Assembly (NCBI RefSeq): GCF_964204865.1
Contig: NC_135260.1
Coordinates: 15,706,478 to 15,770,477 of the forward strand
Reading direction: 5' to 3'
Source of the DNA: Styela clava
Taxonomy: Eukaryota
Length of the DNA stretch: 64,000 bases
Shown: positions 15,721 to 27,028 of the stretch, piece by piece
How positions within the stretch are numbered: the first letter of the stretch is position 1
Layout: every line of letters begins with the position of its first letter
Notes under the pieces: model-generated
What the model saw: the letters and a program-made list of their open reading frames with translations, nothing else
Told to the model about the DNA's origin: nothing
The model's database searches: none
Position numbers and translations under genes: made by a program

Positions 15721-18639
15721 AATTAAAGTTGGACTGAAATCCGGGAAACAATACCGTTGAATGCTTAGTGTTTTTGTTTTAAGAAGTAAGATTCTGAAAT
15801 GAAAAAAATTGGGACTCGTGGGAACATATAAAAAATTAAATTCCGATCAGGAACATTAGTTTGTATAATAAATAAACCAAAAACCCATCTCGATGATCTC
15901 ATGACATCCGCGCTTCATATGACATCGTGTTACGTTAGTAACAGAATTAGGTTTACGATTTATCTTCTTGCAGAATTGGATGCTGGGAATTGGCGGCCAG
16001 GGTAACCCAGGTACATTTTTTGCAATGCACCGCATTTTTGATGCCTTGCTGTCTTTTGACAAAGATGTTGTCACAGGTCACTATATTACAATCATCCTGG
16101 TCATTTGCAGGACAGACTGTGTTGTGTCTTCATTTTCACAATTATTTGTTTATTTCTATCAAATTCTCCACGACCTTCAGCAAATATTTCGATCAGTCAT
16201 CAATGAACAGGGCGAGTTTGCGAGCTGTGATGCAGGAGCGTCGTCGTCGTTAAGCACCTTGTCAGAACTAAACCGGCCGTGACGCCCGCCACTTGGAGGT
16301 GCAACATCGCCTTTGTTTGTTTATTATACGGCGAGCAGAGTTGGACATCCAACTCCATTCGCCCTGCGTTGACCATGGCAGATTTTAACAATAAACTTGT
16401 TATCTTATTCGCCTGACATTAGTAAGGAAAGCTAATAAAACGAAATTTCTATTACCACTTTATTACCTTGTCGCTCACAATTTTTTTTCAGTTGTGATGA
16501 AATGAGTGCGTATCAACTCTATCTCTAACAGGTGAGTCGTCAATACCGAAATCGTTGTTGCCCAAACTTAAACCTTTATAGTCTATCCAGCCGATTGTCA
16601 AATTTTTTATTCCAACTAATGTATGAGTATAGGTACTACTTTTACACCTGAAACGACTTCAGTGATATTCATTAGACAGAACAGAAGAGAATAACTGTTC
16701 CGCTACTAAGTTAACTAGCGAATTCTGTAGTTTGGACTACGGAAGATTCAAAAACACAGTTATCTAGAAATTTAGCAAACTATTCCCACTGAAACAGGGG
16801 AAATTCTCAAATATATGGGTATGAAGGCCCACTAACTAACCGAAGTAGCCTATGCCTATGTGATTTACACAAAAATACTTTGTTTTATCATTCAAATCAA
16901 GATTGCAAGGCAGACTGTCGTAGCAATAATTCACATCCGTACCTGTAAGACTTTAGCTGTGCATCTGGTTTGTCGAAAAGATGGCAAACTAGTCTGGCCC
17001 AACGTAAAGTGGATACTCTATATGCGTAAAGAGAGCAAATTTTAGGGAAAAATATCTAGCTGCATCGGACTCAGAGTAAAGTTTAAAAAATGAAATAAAA
17101 CCAATAACTTGCTTCTGACTTCTTCCATCTTCAAGTACTGAAAATCGATTGGCACATTAGTTGCGAAGTAAACCAATTTTTCCGTAATAAAACAACAAGA
17201 ACAATTTTGAAAGCGATCCATGAGTAGCCTACATTTTCTGCCCATCATATACAAACTCCTGCTTGTGAGAATGCTCAACTGATTGTGCAAAAATAGGGAG
17301 ATCGAGCGCAAAATATTTCGCCTTGAAGGTAGAATGCCGGAAAAGGTCAGACTCAAACCATGTACAATAAGATCAGACCCATTAGCTAACAGTTAGCTGA
17401 GCACAATGCTGATTTCAAAAGTGTTTTAAAGTTCACAGTAACGTGTCCAATCGACAGGTACGAAACTGCGGCACAATGTGCAATCTGGACTACTCCTAAT
17501 TTTACAAACTATATAACACTTTCCACACCTCTTTTATTGAACTGTATTAAGTAAATGAAGAATGTACGATATAAATGAAGACAAAAATCGAATCCTCACA
17601 AGTTGGCCAAATTTTTCAAAATTGGCAAAATTTGAAGGCAACGTAGAAAGCACGAAGAAAATTTGGCAGGAATCAAAGTAATACCTCTTCAAAAACATAC
17701 TTCCATCTTCAACGATGGTTGTTTGAACAACAGCGAAGTAAAAATTTGAAACGAATAAAAATAGATGAAACAAAAGTTTTTTCATGTAGCGCGGCAGAAC
17801 TAATGATTAGAAGTGAGAATGCTCGCCAATGCACATTGAAATAAACTCTTCTGAAAAATGAATATTTTTTCATGATTGAAAACACTTATGCTTATATTAT
17901 TTGTCATATTATGAACAAATAGTTACACGGTGTCTCACGAAGAGGCCCAGTGCGAGGTAGAATAAAGTGCCATTGCGCAATAGTATTGCCACACTTACAT
18001 CTATACAATGCCCTTTGTTATCAGCCATGTCTGTGAATTAACTGTCTCCAAATAAACATCATTTTTTTTTGTATTCACAGCCATTTCAAGCATCCCTTCA
18101 TTTTTGTTCTTCTTTGGACAACATGATGGCTAGCATATTTTATATAAGGAGTATGATCCTTCTTGCATAGCACTTCTATTCAGATTTGCTGTGTTTAGTA
18201 TTGTTCACAAATCTATCACAACAATGCATATATGGAACCAATTTAGGATTTTAGTACTGATTCTGCAATGTTGCACTTTAATGTTTCCAGTATTCAAAGC
18301 TTCATGCTGCCTTTCAATCACGCATTTTTCTTTTGTTTTGTACATTTGTTAAATTGTTTGTGAATTTGTGTGTTTCTAAAAGCAAACGATGTGTCCTATA
18401 GCTTTCTACTTATTCGGATTTGTGCTATACTATCTATACACAACCAAGAATTTCATAGGCCTACACAGTACTTGCAGTGTTCAAAATCGTCTTCATTTAT
18501 ATATTATTTCTGGTGATCTCCCAATAAATCTTAATTGGATACCAACATGTGGTTCAACTTTTTATCAAACAAAGACGGAAGAGGTTGTCAGAAGTTTATT
18601 ACATTTACATTTTTTTGGTGGGCGGGCACGTACATTGTA

Positions 18640-18750
18640 CGTTTTCAACTTTATTTTGAGTTATGCCCGTCTTCCAGATATCTCTGTATTTTGTTTGGTC
18701 CGTTTACTTTTTGTATTGTTTATGTCAGAGAACCAGAATAAAAGATTGAT
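18640..18750. repeat. Interspersed repeat fragment shared with 47745-47845 (..agttatgc.cg.cttcca..ttttgt.ttgttttatg.cagagaacca.aataaaa..)
   Basis: ~100 bp of collinear similarity. It explains the shared ENQNK peptide in ORFs 18389-18859 and 47731-48021. Confidence 0.5.
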
Positions 18751-19756
18751 TGATGTGTGGTTGTCTCCCCGACCTATGACTTTAAGATATTTTTTTCTAT
18801 ATTTTATCATCGCAAAATTTCCGCTGCTTATATTGAGGTGCTCACAATCTGGTTTGTAGGTTATATACCATCATTTTCATTCAAAACATTCAACCGCCTG
18901 CCAGTTATAAGTACGTACGGTAGAAAATGTTAGCTCAGCCTAGTGGTTCTTAAACTTTTTAAAATCTTACAATCTTCACGCCCCTCGTTTTGCTTCTTCT
19001 TTTCTTTCTGACGGGAAGTGTGCTTTGTTTTAAGATGGCGCTGTAAGCGCGTTGGTCTCATAAAGTCATTACTCAGATTTTCAAAGCACAAAACGCATGA
19101 GGTACAACTTCGTCATGCACTGTCGTATGTATAGAGCCATATTTCAGGATAATCGTCACCATACATTCTCTTTTTTCAGCTTATTTCGCAATACCTGGTG
19201 AAGTCGAGCTAAATTTTAACTAAAACTAAACTAAATGTAATACACGTATACTTTTTTGCGCTCTAATATATTTTCGGCCTAACCGTTTGAATAACACGCG
19301 TAAAATCTCAATCCATTGTTTACTTTATAACATCAATATCGAGCTATTCAAAAATTCATTCAAAATTCACCACGAATACCTTCTGACATGCTTGCAAACA
19401 CCAGCTTGAAAATACAGTTTATCAAATGAAGAAGTGCAAATAAATATTATGTACATTCTCAACATTAGAAAGAAGTTCATTTTTAACAGTTATTATGCAC
19501 ATGGACGTTTCCCCGACCACTGAGCTAATGCTTGTCACCATACCTGAAAATCTGTTATATATAGTAGATAAAGCAGTAGTTCTCAACAGGACGTAGACAG
19601 AGGAGTTCTGAAATTTCTAATTTTCTTCCACCGGGAAGCTTTATCTGCCAAAAAACTGCCTCCTGAATTTCAAACGACGTTATGAACGGTGAAGATTGTA
19701 AATGAAATACGTGGAGGAGCATTGTACTCGAGGTTCTTTGAGGGTTTATGTGATAC

Positions 19757-19922
19757 CGTGTTTCCCGAAAATGAGACCTAGCATAAATTTTAAAAATTAT
19801 TTTAATATTTGTAATTTTGTATTAAATAAATAAAAATGAAAGAAATCCCCCTTAATAAGCCCTAGTGTTATTTTTCGAAAGAAAATTGAAATAAGAAACT
19901 GTCTTATTTTCGGGGAAACACA
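19757..19922. mobile_element. Small foldback element: 20-bp inverted repeat tgtttcccgaaaatgagac / gtcttattttcggggaaaca around a ~115-bp AT-rich loop
   Basis: I checked the reverse-complement match by eye. Confidence 0.5.
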
Positions 19923-20623
19923 GTAGCATAGGTACGCAACATCGCCATCTGTTGTTTCCTGCGGAAGTGGGGTGGCTCGTGAGTAAAGATGGCGGAATCG
20001 AGTCCGGATTCGATTACAGAATCGATTCTTCGCGAAATCGAGTAGAATAGATTCCGATGCATTGGAATCGATTCTCGAGGTTAAAACTTGGATTGAAAAC
20101 ACTGTGTAACATTTTGTGACAATTCCATCACATATATGTGTAAATTGCTTTACTGCTATGTTGAGTTGCTACGTCGCCGCAAACTTCACTATGTATATAT
20201 ATATTTTTCGCTAAAAGGCCTTTACGTTTACTTATTTCTAAAATCTCTGTAGGATTTGAGCGATTCGTTTTTTGTGCGATTATGTCCCTTGTGACAGATT
20301 GGATACAAATACTACTTAGTTTTGACCTTTTTGTTCGTCCAGATATATGAACATCGCTCTAGCTCTTGTTTGATTTCATATGGTATCACTTAAGCAGGTA
20401 TGTTTTGTCGGTAATATGTCGGAATCGAAAATTTAGGAATGGGATAAGAATCGAATACTTGTAAGTAGTCATACCTAGCATCCTTACTCGTGAGAGGACT
20501 CGACCTCGTTCGTTTATTTGAGTTGAGACAAGCAGTTTTATGTGAAAGAAATTCTACATTGAAAGAACTCTTAACCGATGAGATGGGGACAGCCAAACTA
20601 GCATACTTAGCGACAGGGGTGGA

Positions 20624-22210
20624 TTAAGCCCCTTTGATGCCCTAGACACTGAAGACTTTGGTGCCTCCTCATGTGTAATTTATTATAAAAACAATAAACC
20701 ATATAAGTGTATTTATTATTCATTAAAAGTAATCACAACCAACAGTAATTAAAACAACTTTTACGAACATTTTTAGTTTTTTTAACTGTTATATATAGCC
20801 GATATATTTATCGGCCGTTTACTGCCGATATGATATATCGGCAAACACGCAATATCGGGCCGATATATCGGTTGAGCTGTAATCCTGAGGGAGTGTGACA
20901 ATGAATATTCATGCCTCCAGTCTAAACGTGAATCGAAATACCTGAGCATACAAGTCACAACTGTAGTTTGAAATTTTACCGGTACCTAGTAGTCTACCTC
21001 AGAGTGGTTTAAGGTTGCTAGGTTGAAGAACCGCAAAAACTTTTGAGGAGGTCTCGCGGGCCGCAAGTCGAATAAAACCCAAAAGTGGTAGAAATATCGC
21101 GAGTTTACTTACTTTAAATTTAATAAACAACGAGAGTTTACCGTTCTAATCAAACTATTATTATGTTGCATGGGTGGCGATCTTTTAAAGAAGATATATA
21201 AAGCCTTCAGTTATTACTTATCGATCGTAAGATCGGTAAGTATGTTGATAGGTATTTGTCTGTTTGTTACTTATCGATCTTACGATCGGTAAGTATGTTG
21301 ATAGGTATTTGTATGTGTGTATGTCTGTGTGTTAGATGCACGCGATATCTCACGGAAGCGAGGTTGAATCTGCTCCAAATTTTGCATGTGCATTCATCAT
21401 ATCTCGGACCAGTAGCCTATTGATTTTGGATGAATTATGTCGTATAATTAGCGAGTTATTATTTAATTAGTGATGAAGAGATCTGGATATTTACAAAGCG
21501 AGAGATTTTCGAGACGCGCTGAATGTGTGTGTGCGTGTCCGATGCGCAAGTTTTCACGCTAGTGAGTCAGAGCGAAGGATACATACCGCTAGATCGTATC
21601 TCGTGATTAATCTCTAAGCAATGTCCATATCCCTCTATCAGGTTCGGGGTTGCAGAATTCCTCACCAAAATATCGCTAGGCTGTGTTTGAATAGCCGTCG
21701 CAAACCGGTTAGCGCCGTTGTATTTGACACAAAATATAGGATTGGTAAATAGGCTATTGGCTGGAAACTAATCAAACAATCCAGTTCGGATTTGCAGAAT
21801 TCTTCATAAAAGTATTTCCTCGAGTAGTATTTTGACGACGACATGGGGAGTTGGCTGTTGTTTCCTACATTTTTTTAAATTGGCTGAAAACTATTCAAAA
21901 CAATCCGGTTCGGGTTTGCAGAATTTTTCGAATCGAAAGCGCAGTTTCTGTTTTGAGGGATCCCCTAATTTTCGATCGATAAGTCTTCGGTCTCTGACCG
22001 ATATTCTCGTTTTGAAGTTAATTAATTCCCGAGAATTATCTTTGTATTTTGCGCATCTCGCGTTCAATGTCGATCCAAATCATATTCTTTCGTGACAGAT
22101 ATCACTTGAAATCAAACCACTGTGTGATGGGCAAGGAAATACGTTTCCGCCGTGTTTTCCTTATGTCGCCTTTCTTGCGTCACTCATTTTATTACAAATT
22201 GTTATATTGA
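20624..22210 (+). mobile_element. Repeat family copy 1 (5' end CAGGGGTGGATTAAGCCCC..) carrying a nested 790-bp MITE insertion
   Basis: 20624-21218 plus 22009-22210 are collinear with 55867-56627. 21219-22008 is absent from copy 2, so copy 2 shows the empty site. Confidence 0.7.
21219..22008. mobile_element. MITE with ~12-bp TIR ACTTATCGATCG and an internally duplicated 5' ~50 bp. A 267-bp deletion derivative of the same family lies at 22930-23196, and its 3' part recurs at 29767-29990
   Basis: Start is acttatcgatcgtaagatcggtaag. End ..ttcgatcgataagtcttcggtctctgaccgatattctcgtttt is, in reverse complement, gacttatcgatcg... The insertion is present in one copy of the host repeat and absent in the other. 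Confidence 0.6.
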
Positions 22211-22929
22211 GTAATTTAAAAACTTTCAGCTTGAGCAAGCTTAGTGCCACCGCCAAATACCAACCAAGTCCGTCTAAGTTGGTATTTCGGGACCTAGCTA
22301 AAAAAAATGGATTGCGCGGCGTTGAGTCGGCCCTGCGTTTCGTCACTACTGTCACATGGCCGACGCTTGAAAACAGAGGAGTGTTTTTACTAAAATAAAG
22401 GCACAAAGCGTTAGAAAAAAGGTTTGAATCTCGGGATCCCAACCCTAGTTGGAATAGCTAAAAAGAACTTAAAAACGTTCCTCTATTAGATACAAATATA
22501 CGCTAAAATTGTTCTGTGAGTCGAATGCATCAGCATGACAGGGTTTGAATCATCCAGGTCTACCTTATTAAAAAACTCCCGACTTCACTGACCACTAGTC
22601 CGTTGAAATGCGATCGTGGAACCGCCACATAGTGTAAATAGTTCATTTTTATAAAAATGCAGCAACAAGGAGAATACTAGAAAGAAAAAACAGCAACAAT
22701 TTAAGAAAACGACTCATAGGCCCATCTTGTGTCTAATAAAATAGTTTCAGTGTTTATTTTCAATAAAGAAGGTTAATATGATACTTGAAGACGAAAAATA
22801 AGCGAACATTTTGAAGTTTGAGTTGCCTGGTGAACTCGTAATATTTTAATAAACACCGATAAACTATATAAAATTCTGCTCTTAAATTTCTGTGGTGCCC
22901 CTCTTTGCTTGGTGCCCTAAGCACGTGCT

Positions 22930-23196
22930 TATATTGTTACTTATCGATTTTCATCGGTAAGTATGTTCATAGGTATTTGTCTGTATGTCTGTTTGTCTGT
23001 TAGATGCACGCGATATCTCACAAAAGCGAGATTGAATCTGCTCCAGATTTTGCATGTGCATTCATCTTATCTTAGTTATTAATTAATTAGTGAGGGGACA
23101 CAAGGTGTCACTATGGAGTAAGAGCGCTGTTTTGGGGGATCCCCTCACTTTCGACCGATAAGTCTTCGGTCTCTGACCGATATTCTCGTTTAATGG
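22930..23196. mobile_element. Internally deleted member of the ACTTATCGATCG MITE family. The block duplication breakpoint at 23031 falls inside it
   Basis: Same termini: cttgttacttatcgattttcatcggtaag ... cgaccgataagtcttcggtctctgaccgatattctcgttta. Confidence 0.55.
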
Positions 23197-23496
23197 TTAA
23201 TCCGGCGCTGCTTAGCGGACTTATTCAGCCGCTTGAACACTCTAACAGTTCCCTGCAAGGTAATCACACCAACATAACAAAACTGAGCGTCTTGTGTTTT
23301 GGGATAGCAATGTGCAGAATGGCGATATCGATATGTTTCCATGTTTGCAAAACATCGTGGCACAGAAGAGTTATTTGCTGTCATAGGTCAACACTTGAAA
23401 GTCAGTTTTAGCATTTACTTTTTGCGGATTGTTAATTGTTAATTCTATTGCAAATGATATTAATTCGTACAATCTTAACACGGCTGTGAAAGATCG

Positions 23497-23720
23497 ATGA
23501 TTGAGCTTTCCTGTGATACCACGTTGATATCGAAGAATAAAGACTTGCCCTTGTCACAGTATTGGATATCGCTTGAAAAAGAATATCCTGAGCTTCGTGA
23601 CAAGGCCATCAAATTACTGCTTATATTTTGTTCAACTTACTCATGTGCAAAAGGTTTTTGTCGTTATCTCTCATTGAGACCAAAGTCGCGTGAAAGTCAA
23701 CGTTCTACTTCGCCTTGCAG
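23497..23720 (+). pseudogene. Relic of a hAT transposase C-terminal dimerisation domain (copy 1 of the duplicated block)
   Basis: The translation ..LSQYWISLEKEYPELRDKAIKLLLIFCSTYSCAKGFCRYLSLRPKSRESQ.. matches the hAT C-terminal motif (W....YP.L...A...L..F.STY.CE.GFS.....K...R..L), as seen in ZBED5/Buster-like transposases. No upstream transposase body remains in any frame. The rest of the 199-aa ORF is unconstrained. Confidence 0.55.
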
Positions 23721-25906
23721 AAACTTCATTAAATTCGCGTTTAACACGTATGATATCAAATTTCTCAATAAATTGTATTGTCTGCTTTTGGATTACATAC
23801 TTTTTCGTAATTACATTCTTTCAATTATGTATTGTGTTTTTGACATTTTGGGTTCACCGGTTCGCCCAATTAGTTTTGAAGTTACACCAGCCCGCAAACT
23901 AATAGAGGTTGAGATGAAGTGTCTGGTAAAATTTCCATTGTTACGTCGGCATGGCATCCTGTTAGTTGCCCAATGTTACAGAAATAAACTAGTCGGCGCG
24001 GAGGAACATCCATTTTTATGTAAAATATTTTTAAAAAGCAGTTATAATAAAGCGAATATCCAGAATTTGCCCATTCGTGCAAATATCGGCACTTAAATTT
24101 CCATCGCTTAAAACCCTAATGTTCGCCAAACATGTATCAGGTCAACCTAAAGGGAGGACTGAGACTACAGGTTTATAGGCGTGCTAGTCGGGGATTTCGT
24201 GAAGAAATTTGTAGTCTCTAACAACCCTCGGTGTTTCTGTTGGAACGTAGAAAGCTCCATGTCGTGGTGATTATGGTGTCCGCGGAAAGTGGGTTTGCAT
24301 ATTTACATATTGTGTCATATGATATGATCTCGATTCTATATAGGTGCTATAAATATAAAAATTGATAAAATTTCGCCTGTCTATCATAGCCATCTTAGTG
24401 CACGTCAGACGATTTTCAGTATTTATGTATTCTGCAATGTGAATAATAACGATTCCTGTAGCTTTAGAAGCGGTAATATGCCTCTTATAGCAATGTGAGT
24501 TTTAAGATGAATTTTTAATCTGCTTCGGTTCTTAGAATGAAACACACAGCCCAATCCCAGAATAGATTTTCTCATTAAAAACCCGGGAAAATCCGGTGTC
24601 TGACTACCCACACAATGATGAAAGAAGAAGTAGGCAAGTAATTCATCAATTATTGTGAAATACTGATTTGGAACGTTTCTGGCTGAACCGGACTTTAGAT
24701 GGGTTTTTTGGACGATGATACACTTCGACTTCATTTTAAGTAACACAGTCAACTTTATCAGTGGTGCTGAAATCCCATTTGCTTGGCGTGACCATGTAAA
24801 AGTATAAATGTTATGTTAGGCCATATATCCATTTATGGAAAAACAATTGTTTCGACTGCTCAGAAGGAAGTGAACGATGTGACGTCATAGTCATCAATGT
24901 GTGGTGATGGTTTCAATTACATTTCAATGGTAATGTATTCGTATTTGTAAGAATAAAATACGAATGCCGGTGGTTATATTTTACTCCGGTCACTATGAAT
25001 AAGCCGAAATAAGATGTAGCCTATTAGAAATAAACCCGGTACGGGACAGACGTCGCAGATTTGTAGCTATGACAATAAAGGCGGCGACTAAATGATAAAA
25101 AAGCATACATCGATGGTTTTACGTGCTATTGGAAAATTAAAACTAATTTGCATAACAACAATGCGTGACACAGGCGTATTGCGTTCTGGAAAACAAAAAA
25201 AATACAACTAATTATCGTTTCCCAGCAGTAGCGTAGGTGTGGAGATTTTAACTATCGTGTCCAATATTTTATTAAATTGAAAACACGGGATACGAAACCA
25301 CGATTTACTTCCGTTAACACCATTTCTACCAATTGAAATATAAAGTAGAGTGATGCATATCACGAACCTACAAACTTTCGAGTATGCTCGTGACGGATTC
25401 TAATTGCGCCGAACAAGAGACAGAAACGTGGGAAAGTACAAGAATTTTGCTTAAAAGGAATGGAGCAAATGAGGATTCTCATAATGGAATTTTAGAAAAC
25501 TACAGAAACACAATAAGTTGTAACCTAGAAATTACTGCTACTGGAATTGCTGAAAAAGCGTGAAAAGAGTTGTCAAGGTTTGTGTTTTTTTCAATATAAA
25601 TCTACTATATTATAATTATGCTATATAATTATACACTACATAAAATATCTATGACTTGTTTCATTGAAGGTACAAAATATTAGACGTGATGATATAAAGA
25701 TATCAATGCTCTCATTTGATTATTAAATTGATAAACAAAACTACATTTTAGAAGATTATTTTTAATTCGAATTTAGTGAACAAAAATATCTCAAGAAATG
25801 AATTGTACGTATAGGTAAAAAACAAGAATAATATCATAATTTTACATGTGTTTTCAATCATGATAAAACTTATTCACTAATTAAACGATTACATTATAGA
25901 TCAAAA

Positions 25907-25998
25907 ATGAAAATATTTATTGCCGTGGTATTGATGTCGATGTTATATTCTGGAGAGGTTTCATCGTTAGATTGGATGGATGAAGAATCTAGCTGGAG
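25907..25998 (+). CDS. Exon 1 (signal peptide) of secreted cysteine-rich small protein, copy A. Phase-2 splice donor AG|GTAATT
   Basis: ATG at 25907 encodes MKIFIAVVLMSMLYSGEVSSLDWMDEESSW, which has a hydrophobic signal-peptide h-region. The exon ends ..TGGAG followed by gtaattatg, a canonical donor. The intron is ~780 bp and AT-rich. Confidence 0.6.
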
Positions 25999-26781
25999 GT
26001 AATTATGTTTGCTTCATTGCACACTAATCCCATCAGAACTTTATTAGCATATATATAAGAATAAGTACAAATTTGAATGAGGAAATTGTACAATTGCACT
26101 TTGAAATATTAGAATGCAGTCAGATTTATTTATGTTAAGATTTTTCCGACCTGAGCCCGACAAATTAAGCAAGTATGGTTGTGGGTTTCTGTAACCAAAT
26201 TCGCACCCCTTCATTTATTCATTTAGTATGTACTATGAACAGACCATTACATCCATACCTCAGTATGTTTGGTTCCGATCCCATCTATTAGAAATTTCTT
26301 ATATTTATCATTTGCTGCTGGCGGGTGTGTTGCTATTTATGAATCACTCAAAAATAATTGTATCGAATTGGAATGAAACCGGATTCCGCAATTGAGAAAT
26401 TTGATATCAGAAAAATCGTGCTTTCAAATTAATTAAACAAATCAAATCACAAACAACAATACTAATTACAATACAAAACGGAAGTACAATGTTTATATAT
26501 ATGTATCACAAAGACGAGGCCTTCTATCGTGATCAGTACAGTCGCAACTTGGAGTGCTTGCTTGTAGCAACTTTCGACACTATCATATTCATAGAGGGAG
26601 AGAGAGTAAGAAAAGCCAAAGAATAACTTTCATAAAATAGTTGCCGATCTAGAATTGACTGTAGCAACAGTGGAGACCGATTAACAACAAAAAATGTATA
26701 CTAATATTTACTTACAATTGAGGAATTTTATTTTTTTTGAAAATTGATAAATTAAACCACATATATATCACTTTGTTTCAG

Positions 26782-27028
26782 ATGGCTAGATGAACATTGT
26801 AAAAAACTTGGTGTGCTGGCAGTAACTGACAATCCAACAGCTCTCTATACTGTGAACAAATGGAAATGCAAAGACTTCAAACCTACGCGCATTAGTACAG
26901 TTGAATGCCGCAGATTATGCCCACGTATTTGGCTGGGAACCCAGAGAACATTGGTAATGCGGAACAAGTGCGACTACATCGGATTAACCCTACGAATAAC
27001 CTGTGAATGTTTGAATCGCGTAAAATAA
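26782..27028 (+). CDS. Exon 2 of secreted cysteine-rich small protein, copy A. The spliced product is 112 aa with 7 Cys in the mature part
   Basis: The acceptor is ctttgtttcag|ATGGCTAGATGAACATTG. Joining AG+A gives Arg and continues in the frame of ORF 26813-27028 (..WLDEHCKKLGVLAVTDNPTALYTVNKWKCKDFKPTRISTVECRRLCPRIWLGTQRTLVMRNKCDYIGLTLRITCECLNRVK*). The same exon structure, frame and cysteines are conserved in the paralogous copy 6.8 kb downstream. Confidence 0.6.

Larger units (their letters stand above)
12540..15860. mobile_element. Composite DNA-transposon-like element whose ends are inverted arrays of a ~165-bp tandem repeat flanking a ~2-kb internal region with one ORF. Boundaries are approximate
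   Basis: Array 12600-13385 (~4.7 units, plus orientation, unit ..ctaccgaaaatcgcacatttcaccctaaaaa..ttatatgttccccaaattggaattttt..) is reverse-complemented at 15385-15720 (~2 units), with degenerate traces to ~15860. Subterminal repeat arrays in inverted orientation are typical of several cut-and-paste transposon superfamilies. Confidence 0.5.

Noticed and set aside
23190-23411. Overlapping sense/antisense ORF pair (23190-23384 minus, 23193-23411 plus), repeated at 29979-30200
   Set aside because: Mutually antisense ORFs of equal length, with no motif content, next to a MITE end. They appear twice only because of the segmental duplication.
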